Origin: Eledone cirrhosa
Lineage: Eukaryota
Assembly (NCBI GenBank): GCA_964016885.1
Contig: OZ024759.1
Coordinates: 7,192,001-7,256,000 of the forward strand
Direction of reading: 5' to 3'
DNA length: 64,000 nucleotides
Made by a program: the position numbers and the translations under genes. Positions 1-12,684 of this stretch are shown in pieces (the stretch's first letter is position 1; every line of letters begins with the position of its first letter). The notes beneath the pieces are model-generated. The model saw only the letters and a list, made by a program, of their open reading frames with translations. It did not search any database and was not told the DNA's origin.

Positions 1-185
1 CCACTTTGCAGTGGAATGATATGGACCCCAGTCCCTATCATCTCATTTCTACAGCTGAGTAAACTGGAGCAATGTGAAATAAAGTGTCTTGCTCAAGGAA
101 ACAACACATCACCCGGTCTGAGAATTGAACTCACAACCTTTCGATTGCAAGGCCAATGCTCTAACCACTAAGCCATGTGCCTCCA
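1..185 (-). mobile_element. tRNA-derived CORE-type SINE (5' part; cut by window edge)
   Basis: Reverse complement of the copy at 4591: A box TGGCTTAGTGG, B box GTTCAATTC, CORE-like CCTTGAGCAAGACACTT. Confidence 0.8.
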
Positions 186-402
186 CATATATATATATAT
201 ACACACACATACACCCACACAAGCCTATATACATGTATAGATAGACAGAGACACACATACACAGGTAAAAGTACTGTAATATACAAAAACACACACACAC
301 ATATAAACATACATACAATATAAGGAAGAGCACATAACACGTACACACACACACACACACACACACACGTACATACAACCACACGCGCGCACATGCACAT
401 AA

Positions 403-434
<32 letters not shown>

Positions 435-441
<7 letters not shown>

Positions 442-649
442 TTCAAAATATTAATAAATATAGACATTCAACGTAATCAAAATATATTTTATTATATATA
501 TTTCGGAGGTACTGTGCTGTTTTTTCAGTACGTCCTCATCAGATAAAATATATAAATACTGAAAAAACAGCACAGTACCTCCAAAATATATATAAAATAT
601 ATTTTGATTACGTTGAATGTCTATATTTATTAATATTTTGAATTAATAT
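435..649. repeat. Fold-back inverted repeat next to (TA)n, Penelope-like pseudo-LTR remnant
   Basis: Arms about 435-530 and 557-649 are near-perfect reverse complements; contains a hammerhead motif. Confidence 0.75.
485..550 (-). ncRNA. Minimal type-I hammerhead ribozyme (Penelope type), intact core
   Basis: Minus strand reads tattttat-CTGATGA-ggacgtactg..cagtacctcc-GAAA-tatata-TA^-ataaaata: stem I, both catalytic boxes, stem II closed by G-C, palindromic stem III, AUA cleavage triplet. Confidence 0.75.
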
Positions 650-1269
650 TAATAACTCTGGAAAACTTTTACTGTTGAGTGCTTCTAATCTATTGTAAAA
701 CAATATTCATTGATTAATCAATGAATATTGTTTAACTTTTGGTAATATATATCTAATCTATCTTAAGGACGATCTGTCGATTTTGAGAATGTAAGCAAAA
801 CCTGTCTTTTCTTCATTTCCGTAGTCTCCTCATTTAAGCAGTTTTAAAACCTTATTTATACCACTCTAAAATTCAAATTCTCCGTTTATCTCTCTGATTT
901 TAAATGACTATTTTCATGTTTTTAATATGTCTCAATCTGTTGGACCTTTCCTAAAGGCTAAACTACTCCTAAAGTCACCCATTTCCCGCCCTCCCACCCC
1001 CACACACCACCATTGCTATATGGTCCAATCATATCTCAGCGGCTTTAGTAAGTTCTCTAACAAATCAGTATAGCAAAGCTACCAACCCGGTTACTACTCC
1101 TTAAGTTTAGACCTGTTTGATGGGTTGACTGCGGAATTTGGAAAGTCTAAGCACTCAATGACAATGTCACAGATGAAGATAAATTCACCTCCTGCTGCAA
1201 GACGAGAATACAAGGACCCCTCTTTATTTCAGACACGGATGGCCAACAAGATTTTGTCTTCCACACCCC

Positions 1270-2195
1270 TCCAACCCATCCATCCCACCCTCCCAACTTC
1301 AGAGTTGGTACCATCAACGTAGGCACATTGAAAGGTCGCTCAAATGAGGTTGTAGAGATGCTTGAACGTAAAGAAGTTGATGTTTGTTGTGTTCAAGAGA
1401 CTAGGTGGAGAGGGGGATCTGCCAGATTCATCGTGGGTAAAAAACGATGCTATAAACTTTTCTGGGTGGGAAATGACAACAGACAGGGTGGAGTAGGAAT
1501 TATGTTAGCTGAATAATGGGTAGATAAGGTAATTGACGTAAATATAGTGAATGACAGAATAATTAAAATAAGACTAGTTCTAAATAGAACTACTGTAACA
1601 ATAATATCCGCTTATGCACCCCAATCTGGTTTACCTGACGTTATAAAGGACAGGTTCTATGAGATGCTAATGCACACTACCTCCCAAATAACCGACAGTG
1701 ACTACTGGCGATCTAAACAGTCACGTTGGACAACATAGTGATGGCTATGATGGAATTCATGGAGGCTATGGGGTTGGAAATAGAAATGAGGAGGGCTTCA
1801 GAATCCTGGAATTCTGTGACGCAAATAGCCTCACTATCTGTAATACAAACTTCAAAAAACGTGAAAACCACTTGATCACCTATAGATCAGGGGAATATAC
1901 CAGCCAGATAGATTATATCCTTACTAGAAGACGGGACAAAGTGTCTGTTGTAAACACTAAATCCCTCGCCGGTGAAGAATGCACCTCCCAACATAGCCTA
2001 GTAGTTAGTGACCTCATAGTCAGGAATAGACGTACTCGACGACAGAGGAGGCCTATCTTGAGGAGAAGAATATGGAAGTTGAAGGACCCCACAGCCAGTA
2101 ATAAATTTAAAAGCATATGACTTGATGCCTTTGACAATAAGGAAGAGAAATTAGAGACTTGCAATATAGAGGAACAGTGGCAATTCTTGAAAGTG
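1270..2195 (+). mobile_element. RTE-clade LINE fragment, AP-endonuclease domain, disrupted
   Basis: VGTINVGTLKGRS..CVQETRW..GVG..SAYAPQ..GDLNSHVG..RNEEG..SQIDYIL..QHSLVVSD with stop codons and frameshifts. Confidence 0.9.
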
Positions 2196-2228
2196 AACCA
2201 AAAAGGGGGAGGAAGATAAGTCAGCGCC

Positions 2229-2716
2229 ATTCCTGGCCTGACTGTAGTCTGACATTAATATCGACCTTTCTTCCTCTTTCTTTCTATCTTTCTTCTTGTA
2301 GCCATCAACCCTGACTTCTCTTCTTCTTCCTTTTCTTCTTCTCTTCCCCCTTCTTTCTGTCTTTCTCCTTGTGGCATGATATTAACGCTGACTTTCCTCC
2401 CCCTTTTTCTTTGCCTATATTTGACCGGTAGTAGTTGTTAAGATACGGGTCCCTTAAAATAAATTTTTTTCGCGACATTCCTGGCCTGACTGTAATACCG
2501 ACCTTTCCTCCTCTTTCTTTCTGTCTTTCTTCTTATACCTGACATTAACCCTGGCTTCTCTTCTTCCTTTTCTTCCTTCCCCCTTCTCTCTTCTTTCTTT
2601 CTTTCTTTCTTTTTCCTTCCCCCTTCTCTCTTCTTTCTTTCTTTCTTTTTGTGGCATGATATTAACGCTGACTTATGTTCCTATCCCTTTCTGTTTTCCT
2701 TTATTTGACCGGTAGT
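2229..2716 (+). repeat. Degenerate pyrimidine-rich direct repeat, two copies of about 200-240 bp
   Basis: cattcctggcctgactgta ... gtggcatgatattaacgctgactt ... atttgaccggtagta occurs at about 2229-2432 and 2476-2716. Confidence 0.7.
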
Positions 2717-2851
2717 ATCACACTGTAAGCTTTAGCCACGTCACTCGAGGGCGACCGGCAAAGGTGGAAGTTGCTGGATGGCGGTCGTCCTCAGGTCTTT
2801 GATTTACAGCCCCATGGATTTTATCCATTACATTCACTTATTATATTTTGA

Positions 2852-2909
2852 ATACCTGATGATATCACCGGATTCATACGGAACCCGGTCATTGAAATAA
2901 TCATAGTAT
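2852..2909 (+). ncRNA. Degenerate hammerhead ribozyme motif
   Basis: atac-CTGATGA-tatcaccgg..ccggtcatt-GAAA-taatca-TA-gtat; stem II has mismatches including the closing pair. Confidence 0.5.
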
Positions 2910-3100
2910 AATAAACCTTTCAAGGATTTACACAAATGCAGCCTCCTGTCATTTCATTATAATATTTAACTCCGTAATAGCACCACCAACTACACAAACA
3001 AAGACGGTTGAACTGCTTTACGTTGAGTACTCTCTATATTATTACATTAAGATTGACCATACGGAATTGACCAGCTCTATCCAGTGGTGAACCTCAAACC

Positions 3101-3145
<45 letters not shown>

Positions 3146-3146
<1 letters not shown>

Positions 3147-3460
3147 CCGTGTAGGCAACACGGTAAAAACCTCCCAGCCCCACACTGTAAATGTGGTTGG
3201 TGTTAGGAAGGGCATCCAGCTGTAGAAAACCCGCCAGACAGTCCACGCTGTAATGTGGCCGTGTAGGCAACACGGTAAAAACCTCCCAGCCCCACACTGT
3301 AAATGTGGTTGGTGTTAGGAAGGGCATCCAACTGTAGAAAACCCGCCAGACAGTCCTATGCGAGCAAGACAACCACTCTTGCCTCAAGTGGGAAAACCCC
3401 CGTCCAAACCCATGCAAGCGTGGAACACGGACGCTAAGCCTGATGATGATGATGATGATG
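3146..3460 (+). mobile_element. RTE 3'-UTR-derived element with internal 112-bp duplication and (GAT)n tail
   Basis: Matches the 3' end of the RTE at 30800-31020; nearly identical to 52608-52925. Confidence 0.8.
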
Positions 3461-3585
3461 ATATATATATGTCTATACCTATATACCTATATATATATAT
3501 ATATATATATGTCTATACCTCTATACATATATATATATATGTCTATACATATATATATATATATGTCTATACCTCTATATATATA

Positions 3586-4152
3586 TAATATAAGATCAAA
3601 AGATGGTTAAAAGAGTTCCAAGTATTTTATTATGCGCATTTGAAAAACAAATATCATCATGGGATGATATCTGCGTTCTCATCATATAAAATAGGGATAC
3701 ATGATATGAAGCTTAAAAAACATTTGTGAATAGTGAAGTTTTAAATCAACATATGTTGATTTAAAACTTCACTATTCTCAAATGGTGAAGGCGTGTAGCT
3801 GAGTAGTTAGAGAATTGGATTCACAATGTTGAGGTTGTGAGTTCGATTCCTGGACCGGGCGATGTGTTATGTCCTTGGGCAAGACACTTTATTTCACGTT
3901 GCTCCTTCTACCTGGAGTTGCGACCGATAGATAGTACTAGCAACTGGAAAGACCAACGGAAACATTGTTTCCTCGGTCCGATTTGACGAAAGTCGATCGA
4001 TCCTTTATTCTCAAATGTTTTTTAAGCTTCATATCATGTATCCCTATTTTATATGATGAGAACGCAGATATCATCCCATGATGATATTTGTTTTTCAAAT
4101 GCGCATAATAAAATACTTGGAACTCTTTTAACCATCTTTTGATCTTATATTA
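3586..4152. repeat. Inverted repeat (about 145-bp arms) with mutated hammerhead scaffold; spacer holds a ~62-bp palindrome and a SINE head
   Basis: 3586-3732 is the reverse complement of 4006-4152; arm reads tattttat-aTGATGA..AAA-tgcgca-TA-ataaaata; palindrome 3721-3784 centred on catatg; tRNA/CORE SINE fragment 3784-3905. Confidence 0.75.
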
Positions 4153-4171
4153 TTTATATATATATATATGT

Positions 4172-4440
4172 GTGTTGTTTCCTTGAGCAAGACACTTTAT
4201 TTCACATTGCTCCAGTTTACTCAGCTGTAGAAATGAGATGATAGGGACTGGGGTCCCTATCATTCCACTGCAAAGTGGTCGTGGAGGTGCCACAGCAAAA
4301 AAGCACCCAGCACTCACTGTAAATGAGGTTGGTGTTAGGAAGGGCATCCAGCTGTAGAAATCAAGCCAGAATCAGTTCCCGTCCCACCCTTGCAAGCAGG
4401 GAAAAGTGGATGTAAAATGGAAATGATGATGATGATGATT
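4172..4440 (+). mobile_element. 5'-truncated CORE-type SINE
   Basis: Same body and tail as 4591-4930 without the tRNA head. Confidence 0.8.
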
Positions 4441-4534
4441 ATATATATATAGGTATAGACATATATATATATATGTATAGAGGTATAGACATATATATAT
4501 AGGTATAGACATATATATATATATAGAGAGGTAT

Positions 4535-4590
<56 letters not shown>

Positions 4591-4592
<2 letters not shown>

Positions 4593-4930
4593 AGGCACAT
4601 GGCTTAGTGGTTAGAGCATTGGCCTTGCAATCGAAAGGTTGTGAGTTCAATTCTCAGACCGGGTGATGTGTTGTTTCCTTGAGCAAGACACTTTATTTCA
4701 CATTGCTCCAGTTTACTCAGCTGTAGAAATGAGATGATAGGGACTGGGTTCCCTATCATTCCACTGCAAAGTGGACGTGGAGGTGCCACTGCAAAAAAGC
4801 ACCCAGCACTCACTGTAAATGAGGTTGGTGTTAGGAAGGGCATCCAGCTGTAGAAATCAAGCCAAAATCAGTTCCCGTCTCACCCTTGCAAGCAGGGAAA
4901 GCGGATGTAAAATGAAATGATGAAATGATA
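4591..4930 (+). mobile_element. Full-length tRNA-derived CORE-type SINE with RTE-derived tail
   Basis: A/B boxes, CORE-like domain, tail cccttgcaagcagggaaagcggatgtaaaatga shared with the RTE 3' end; inserted in (TA)n. Confidence 0.85.
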
Positions 4931-4977
4931 TATATATATAGAAGTATAGACATATATATATATATAGAGGTATAGAC

Positions 4978-5019
<42 letters not shown>

Positions 5020-5074
5020 GTATAGACATATATATCTATAATATATATATATATATATATATGGAGGTATAGAC

Positions 5075-5106
<32 letters not shown>

Positions 5107-5182
5107 GTATAGACATATATATCTATAATATATATATATATATATATATGGAGGTATAGACATATATATATATCTAGGTATA

Positions 5183-5219
<37 letters not shown>

Positions 5220-5248
5220 GTATAGACATATATCTATATCTAGGTATA

Positions 5249-5325
<77 letters not shown>

Positions 5326-5489
5326 GTATAGACATATATCTGTTAGAACACGAAAAGTGTGAAACAACAGAATGTTCACTTTTCGTGTTCTAACAAATAT
5401 GCGTAACTTCTTCATAAATTTTCCGGGGATAGCCGTGGTGGTGGTGATCGTATGTCATTGGCTAATTTTCAACCAATCAGAGTAAGTGT

Positions 5490-5540
<51 letters not shown>

Positions 5541-5541
<1 letters not shown>

Positions 5542-6010
5542 TCTCCAAGACAATGTCACTGGACCGAGACCTTTGGCGGTACTCAGTAACAGAGAAGACC
5601 CGCCTTACCTAAATATATAGTAAAACCTACTCCAGCCAGTAGGCATCTCTAACAAAATACACCCCGTCCCACCACCACCACCCCCACCCCATCCACACCA
5701 CCCCGTTCTATGTAAAGTTATGTTGGTGCTGCGCCATCCAGGCCGAAACAAATGAGATCGTGTAGGTGTCACGACAAAAAAACACACAGTCCACGCTGTA
5801 ATGTGGCCGTGTAGGCAACACGGTAAAAACCTCCCAGACCCACACTGTAAATGTGGTTGGTGTTAGGAAGGGCATCCAACTGTAGAAAACCTGCCAGACA
5901 GTCCTATGCGAGCAAGACAATCACTCTTGCCTCAAGTGGGACTACCCCCGTCCAAACCCATGCAAGCATGGAACACGGACGTTAAACGTTGATGATGATG
6001 ATGATGATGA
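5541..6010 (+). mobile_element. RTE LINE 3' end (ORF terminus, 3' UTR, (GAT)n)
   Basis: Similar to 30540-31020 and 10510-10983. Confidence 0.85.
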
Positions 6011-7294
6011 TACTATTCCCCCTCTCTCTATATATATCTTACGCTTTCGCTTTACACTCCTCCCCTTCAATAACACATTTCCCCCTCTCTATATATCTCT
6101 TATACTGTTACACTTATATTTCCATTTATTTATTACCCCCTCTCTCTATATCTCTTCCACTGTTACTTACGCCTGTTTCTCTCTATCTGTTCCGTCTCTA
6201 TATATATCTCTCTTACTCTTTAGCTTTGCACTCCTCCCCTTCAATACCATCTCTCCCCCTCTCTATATATTTGTTACTCTATCGCTGCACGCTCCTCTCC
6301 TTCAATATATCAATTACACTATTACGCTTTACACTCCTTTATCCCCAGCGCCCCTATATATACCCCCCCGCATCTATATTTTAATGTTCCGTTGCACCGT
6401 GAATATATGTGTCTATATATATATATATACATATATATTGTATATACACATTCATGTATGTGTATACACACTCATGTATGTATATACACTGGTTTTATGT
6501 GTGTATTGTAAATTTGTACTGTTAAAACACGAAACTAACATTCGATTGACACTTTGATTACCTGTACAGGCAATAGTTATTAGAATGCTGTTGAAGTGTG
6601 TATATATTTTTGGGGGACATCCTGTATATACACACATTATATATAATACAATAAACAGATAAATACACACATATATATATGAGCTTATTTAATTATAAAT
6701 ATTGTGAATTTTTAACTCAGTTCAATTATATATATAAATGGCTTCTACAGGACTAGAACTGTTTCATTCGAAAGAAATCATCATAATATTGAGAGGGGGG
6801 GACTAGATAAAATATTTCAAATCAAATGTGTATAAGTTATAAGTTAAAATGTATAAATAGAGACGATAGTGGAGGTATATCTGTTTAGTGGAACAGTAGA
6901 CGATAGAATTAAATACAGACGAGAATCTCCCTTTAATGAAACAGCAGACGATAGAATTAAGGCAATTTAAATTTTAAGCATTTGCATTTTTGCCTTTCAT
7001 CGTTACGGGGTCGATAAAATAAAGTACCAGTAATACACTGTCATTATAAGTAGACGACTTTCAAATTGAATTGTTGGTTCCATTTCTTTAGTATTTTCAA
7101 TTGTAGTTATCTACTTAAAAAGCGTTACACGGTTAGAGACATAATTGGTAAGTTATATCTTCCCTATTAAACCATTGCATTATTTCGCCTACAATAGAAC
7201 AAAAATGAAATGTTCTTTAAAGAAACAGGAATATAACTTTATAAAAAAAAAAGTTGCATCCGCTTCTTTTATCATTGATAATTTTTTCAACACA

Positions 7295-7430
7295 AGTATT
7301 GGTAGAGCGTCAGACACCATGCTTTGCAGTATTGTTATGGTCCTTTGCATTCTAAGTTCAAATCCTGCCGAGGTTAACTTCGACTTTCATACTTACTAAT
7401 TCGATAAAATAAAGTACCAATAATGGACTG
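7295..7430 (+). mobile_element. Second SINE family (OK/OR-like), degenerate copy
   Basis: ttcaaatcctgccgaggttaacttcgactttcat..tcgataaaataaagtacc shared with copies at 9125, 54250, 56100 and 62508. Confidence 0.65.
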
Positions 7431-8020
7431 CCGTAATGGATTTGTGCCGAAAAATAGAAACACTATTAATGTGCAATAAGAGCAAAATATAACGACATTG
7501 CTCAATTATTTTATCTAATGTTGTAATAACACAAGGAAATGTTGTTTGTGTATTTTTTTTTATATTTGCTCATAGGCTTTTACAATTTCGCTCAGCCAAC
7601 AACTATTAAAAAGTGAGTTGCTTAAGATAACAATTTAATCACAAATTGTTGCTATCTTTTAATACACTCCAACAAGTCATCAAATTATGTACAATAAAAA
7701 CAAATCTTATTAATTTGCTCAGGGAATATAAAGAAAATGTATATACACTGATAATTGCAATTGTATGTAAATATTTTGTTTTTGTATTGTTTATTTTATG
7801 TTTTCTATTATGTATAATATATTGATTTAATATTGATTGTTTTTTGTAGTTGTTTATATTAAAAGTCTGAAAATATTTTTATACATCTTACACTAATATT
7901 TATAAGATAATTTATAATAACAATTACATAATCTAATTACATTACAACGATAATTTATTATTAATATATATCCTGTTTAACTAGAGTTATTACAAGCGTT
8001 GCCTTAAAAAAATATTAAAC

Positions 8021-8974
8021 TAGACATGAAAAATGCGCAAGCTCAAAAGTGCCACAGAATGTTATAATAAACCTTCAAAAGTGTGGGACTAGAGTTGTTG
8101 CTAAAAAATATTGTAATTATTATATATCGTACATTCTGTGGCATCCTTTATAAAAATAGCTTAAACCAACGAAGCCTTTATTTTTACGCTATTTCACTTA
8201 GTTAATTCTTAGAGTGTAACATATAAAAATATGATTTACAACTATAAAATAAATTAATTAATATAATAACAGAGCTGCGGAGCTGAAATTTAGGAAATAA
8301 TGGAGTATCGGATCCTGAGTTGGAGCCAGTCAATTTTTGGCCGACTCCGCAGCCCTGTATAATACATTTCATATTAAAGTTATTAATAAACCTATTTTAC
8401 ACTGCATGCAAATTACCATGAGATATTGATATTAGATATAAGATACAGCGCAATATCTACAGCTGTAAAAGTACGAAAGCGAAGTAATAATAAGTGGCTT
8501 AAGGTAATTCCAATATGAAAGTTTGTAGTGATAAAAATTTGATAATGCAATACGATTGTTAATATTATAGTTCTATGAAAATGTAACAATAGATAACTAA
8601 ATTATTTTACTATTAGTATATTTAAAAAATTATCATTATAGATTTGATCGTTCATATAAGCATCATATTAATTTTCAACACAATTATCTTGTTACTATGA
8701 GTATATGATAATAATATTACGTAATTATTTATAGCTGTTATTACATTAAACATAGATGTATTTATTTTTATATGTTACACTCTAAGAATTAACTAAGTGA
8801 ATTAGCGTAAAAATAAAGGCTTCGTTGGTTTAAGCTATTTTTATAAAGGATGCCACAGAATGTACGATATATAATGATTACAATATTTTTTAGCAACAAC
8901 TCTAGTCCCACACTTTTGAAGGTTTATTATAACATTCTGTGGCACTTTTGAGCTTGCGCATTTTTCATGTCTAG
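8021..8974. repeat. Long inverted repeat, about 210-bp arms (8021-8231 / 8763-8974)
   Basis: Arms are near-perfect reverse complements; right arm abuts (TA)n. Confidence 0.85.
8270..8357. mobile_element. Very short hAT-like MITE
   Basis: Ends CAGAGCTGCGGAG ... CTCCGCAGCCCTG (imperfect TIR), flanked by tataataa / tataatac (8-bp TSD, one mismatch). Confidence 0.6.
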
Positions 8975-9121
8975 TATATATATATATATAGGTATAGACA
9001 TACTTAAGACAATGTAGTGGAACTAAGTGAGGAACCACTTAATTATAAAAATGACATGAAAATAAAAAGGTATATATACTTAAAACATGGTGGGTGAATC
9101 AGGGAGTATAACTAAAATAAT

Positions 9122-9300
9122 AATTGTTTCTACTATTGGCACAAGGCCAGCAAATATCCGGTGTATTACTGGTACTTTATTTTATCAATCCCGTAAGGAT
9201 GAAAGGCAAAGTTAACCTCGGCGGAATTTGGACTCAGAATGGAAAGGGCCGTAACTCTGTGCGTCAAAGCATGGCGTCCGACCCTCTACCAATACTGCCA
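9122..9300 (-). mobile_element. OK/OR-like SINE
   Basis: Reverse complement of the family at 56115-56310. Confidence 0.75.
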
Positions 9301-10003
9301 ATCCAATATAATGATCAGGTCGGGGAGATAAAAGGTGTATAAATTATTAGTGGTGGAAAGTAAATGTTTGTAAATAGATCTGGATAAAGGTATGTGGTTA
9401 TAAAGTGAGCTGAGTAAAGGGAGGGTGGTTAATGAGAGGACAGAATGAAGGTGGTGGGTATGAATGTGTTAAAAGTATGGCAGAAAAAAAAGGGGAGGTA
9501 TAAATCAAATGAAATAAATAAATAAACATGAGAGAGAAAAATGTATATATTGGTAGAAAGTATGTGTTTATATGATGAACTGGGTAAGGTGTACGCTAAA
9601 CACTCGTGCACATAGCACGTTAAACCAAGTTCCTCTCAGCGCAGACACGGGGCAGACGGAGGCTCTGTAAGCCGTAGCGTAGGTAATCCATCAAGGAGAG
9701 CTACCACTCCAAATAAATTGGTGCGGGTTAGAGAAGTCCAGTAAGACAACTTCCCTAGTGCTGGTGGCACGAATAAAAGCACCCAGTCCATGCTGTAAAG
9801 TGGTGCTGGTGTTAGAAAGGGCATCTAACCAGTGTATATTAATGAAAAAAAACTATGAGCACAACAAATACAGCTTGAGCTCTGCCGTCAGGGTCAAACA
9901 TTTTCCTATTACTCACTCTACTACCTTAAGTATTGAGTACTCTGGTGCGTTATGGTCCATCTGATTCCTTACCACATCTCCTTTGTTATAAATATATATA
10001 TAT

Positions 10004-10246
10004 ATAAGGAAAAGAAATCGAAAATGTAACTGGAGTCTTTTTAAGAATATTTATTTGTTTCCCTTACCAGTTTCACAGTTGTTATGCTTTTCAAAAGTAG
10101 AATTGAGGTGGAGGGTTTGTGAAAAACCACAAACCCTCTACCTCAATTCTACTTTTGAAAAGCATAACAACTGTGAAACTGGTAAGGGAAACAAATAAAT
10201 ATTCTTAAAAAGACTCCAGTTGCATTTTCGATTTCTTTTCCTTATA
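10004..10246. repeat. Near-perfect hairpin (about 118-bp arms, ~6-nt loop) with decayed hammerhead scaffold
   Basis: Arms pair around gaaaaacc at about 10121-10128; related copy at 11431-11660; both flanked by (TA)n. Confidence 0.85.
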
Positions 10247-10509
10247 CTTTCACTCGTATAGAATATCTCGGTTTTTTTTCATTTAAAAAATCCTTGTTTT
10301 CTTTTATATATATATATATATATATATGCACGAGGCTAGCTAAACATACATATATATAGAGAGATAGATATGTATGAAGTATAGATGGTCTCCTACAAGA
10401 TGGTAGCTCATAGGAAGATTCTTTGATGTTTTAATAATAGGAACCACAGTCCTCTCATGAATATACATACATACAAACACACATATATGTATATATATAT
10501 ATATATTTA

Positions 10510-10983
10510 CACCTTACACACTTACACCTCTCCAAGACAATGTCACTGGACCAAGATCTTAGGCGCTACGCAGTAATACAGAAGACCCGCCTTGCCTAAG
10601 TACAAAGCGAAACTTAGAGTCAGTAGGCACCTCTTAACCAAACATACACCCCCGTCCCACTACCCCACCAACACCACCCCTTTCTCTGTGAAGTTATGTT
10701 GGTACCACAACATCCAGTCCTAAATAAATGAGGTTGTGTAGGTGGCACAACAAAAAAACACACAGTCTACGCTGTAATGTGGCCGTGTAGGTAACACAGT
10801 AAAAACCTCCCAGTTCACACTGTAAATGTGGTTGGTGTTAGGAAGAGCATCCAGCCGTAGAAAACCTGCCAGACAGTCCTATACAACAAGACACGGTCAC
10901 CCGACCAATCTTGCCTCAAGTGGGACAATTCCCGTCTAAACCCATGCTAGCGTGGAAAATAGACGTTAAATGATGATGATGAT
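10510..10983 (+). mobile_element. RTE LINE 3' end
   Basis: Similar to 30525-31020; (GAT)n tail. Confidence 0.85.
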
Positions 10984-11732
10984 ATATATATATATATGAA
11001 TGTATGTACAGTATATTTGGCTGTATGTTTAATTAAAAACATTTTGAAAACCTTACGCTATCATTTTTAAAGTAGTGACTATATCACTTCTTTTTTGGGG
11101 CAAAGGAAGGGAGAGAAGCTAACAGATCTGTTTCACACTGTTGGTGTTCCTCAGAGCAACGTACTCCCCGACCTCTGCCGAAAATTATAGAAGCTAGATT
11201 CTTATAGAATTCCAGTAATAATCAGGAGCTGATTATACAGCGATTGCCGGTCCAGCAAACATTAGGTATTAGGATTGGTGCTCTGAAACAGCGATGTATA
11301 CATGAATGTATGTATAGTATATTTGGCACTATACTGTATGTTTAATTAAAAACATTTAGAAGACCTTGCCCTATCATTTTTAAAGTAGTGACTATGTCAC
11401 TTACTTCTTTATATATATATATATGTATATATAAAGAAAAAAAGATGAAATCGAAAATGCAACTGGAGTCTTATTTTTTTTTAAAATATATATATTTATT
11501 TGGTTCCTTTACCGGTTTCGCAGTTCTTCTGCTTTTCAAAAGTAGAGTTGAGATGGAGGGTCTGTGGTTTTTCTCACATTTGTTGTTACTGTTGTTGTTG
11601 TTACTGGACAAAAATAAGACTCCAGTTGCATTTTCGATTTCATCTTTTTTTCTTTATACTTTCACTTGTGTAGGACACCTCGGTTATTTTTCATTTTGTA
11701 AAAAAAAACTCACTTTCTAATATATATATATA

Positions 11733-12007
11733 TATGAGAGACGTAAAATAAGAAAATTATAAAATTAACTTACTTACTTAAATTTCACTCCCAACTAATT
11801 AGTTTCTGAAAGGGATTAAACATACTATCCGAAGAACGCACGTATTGCCTGGAAACTTAGCTGAGAATAGACTTCCCTGATGACGAAAGGCTTTTCCGTG
11901 CGTTCTTCAGATAGTACGTTTAATCCCTTTCAGAAACTAATTAGTTGGGAGTGAAATTTAAGTAAGTAAGTTAATTTTATAATTTTCTTATTTTACGTCT
12001 CTCATAT
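11733..12007. repeat. Fold-back inverted repeat, Penelope-like, about 100-bp arms
   Basis: 11733-11832 is the reverse complement of 11897-12007; starts at (TA)n. Confidence 0.85.
11871..11952 (+). ncRNA. Type-I hammerhead ribozyme motif, sense to Beclin-1
   Basis: acttcc-CTGATGA-cgaaagg..cctttca-GAAA-ctaattag-TT^-gggagt; palindromic stem III; stem II closing pair is a C-A mismatch. Confidence 0.65.
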
Positions 12008-12118
12008 TATTGTTCTGCAACCCCATGCATTGAACCACATAGTTACTAAGACAAAACCTATATATTTGCTAACAGAAGTATGCATCTGTGTATATATATG
12101 TTACTAGATATACTAATT

Positions 12119-12149
<31 letters not shown>

Positions 12150-12479
12150 GATAGATATCGTTATCATCATTTAATGTTCATTTTCCACTCTAGCATGGGT
12201 TAAACAAGTTGTCCCATTGTAAAGACAAGTAAACATGTCTTGCCCATATATGTACATGTTGTTACAGCTGACACCTATGTAGCTTTGGCTGTATTAATCA
12301 CAGCATCTGCACTAGGGAGGTTGTCTGCCATGGACATCTTTCCTATTACCAACCACATTACAGGGTGTACTGGGTGTATTAATCAGAGCACCAGCAGTAG
12401 GAATGTTGTCAATGGACTGTCCTCCTTTCCTGTCAACCATCGTCTGTCCTGGATTCTACAGTGTGTTGATGTATTGTAG

Positions 12480-12677
12480 GGACTTCCTGTTAAACCTGGA
12501 CAACTCCGAAGAAAAGGATGACTTGGAAAGTTTGGATAATGATTTAAAACAACTGGAAATTGAGGAGAAGATGTTGCGGGAACAACTGGAAAAGATGGAG
12601 ACAGAACGGGCAGAGATGGCAAAGTTGATTCGGGAAGAGAAAGATATTGCCAAACAACTGGATAGTGAAGAAGAGAA
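12480..12677 (+). CDS. BECN1: Beclin-1 internal exon A (coiled coil, first half); phase 2 in / 2 out
   Basis: ttgtAG at 12478-12479, GTaaga at 12678. Encodes DFLLNLDNSEEKDDLESLDNDLKQLEIEEKMLREQLEKMETERAEMAKLIREEKDIAKQLDSEEE(K), aligning to the human Beclin-1 coiled coil just before Y229; in phase with exon B. Confidence 0.9.
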
Positions 12678-12684
12678 GTAAGAC

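Noticed and set aside
4591-4665. tRNA gene
   Set aside because: tRNA-like head continues into CORE domain and LINE tail, is multicopy, and lacks a proper acceptor stem: a SINE.
6480-6630. Tc1/mariner-like end (tacaggatgtccccc on minus strand)
   Set aside because: Only one plausible terminus; no matching TIR found.
7576-7612. Possible 37-nt exon (catAG ... GTgagt)
   Set aside because: Translations (AFTISLSQQLLK, FYNFAQPTTIK) do not resemble the expected preceding Beclin-1 segment (HPLCEEC..); no support.
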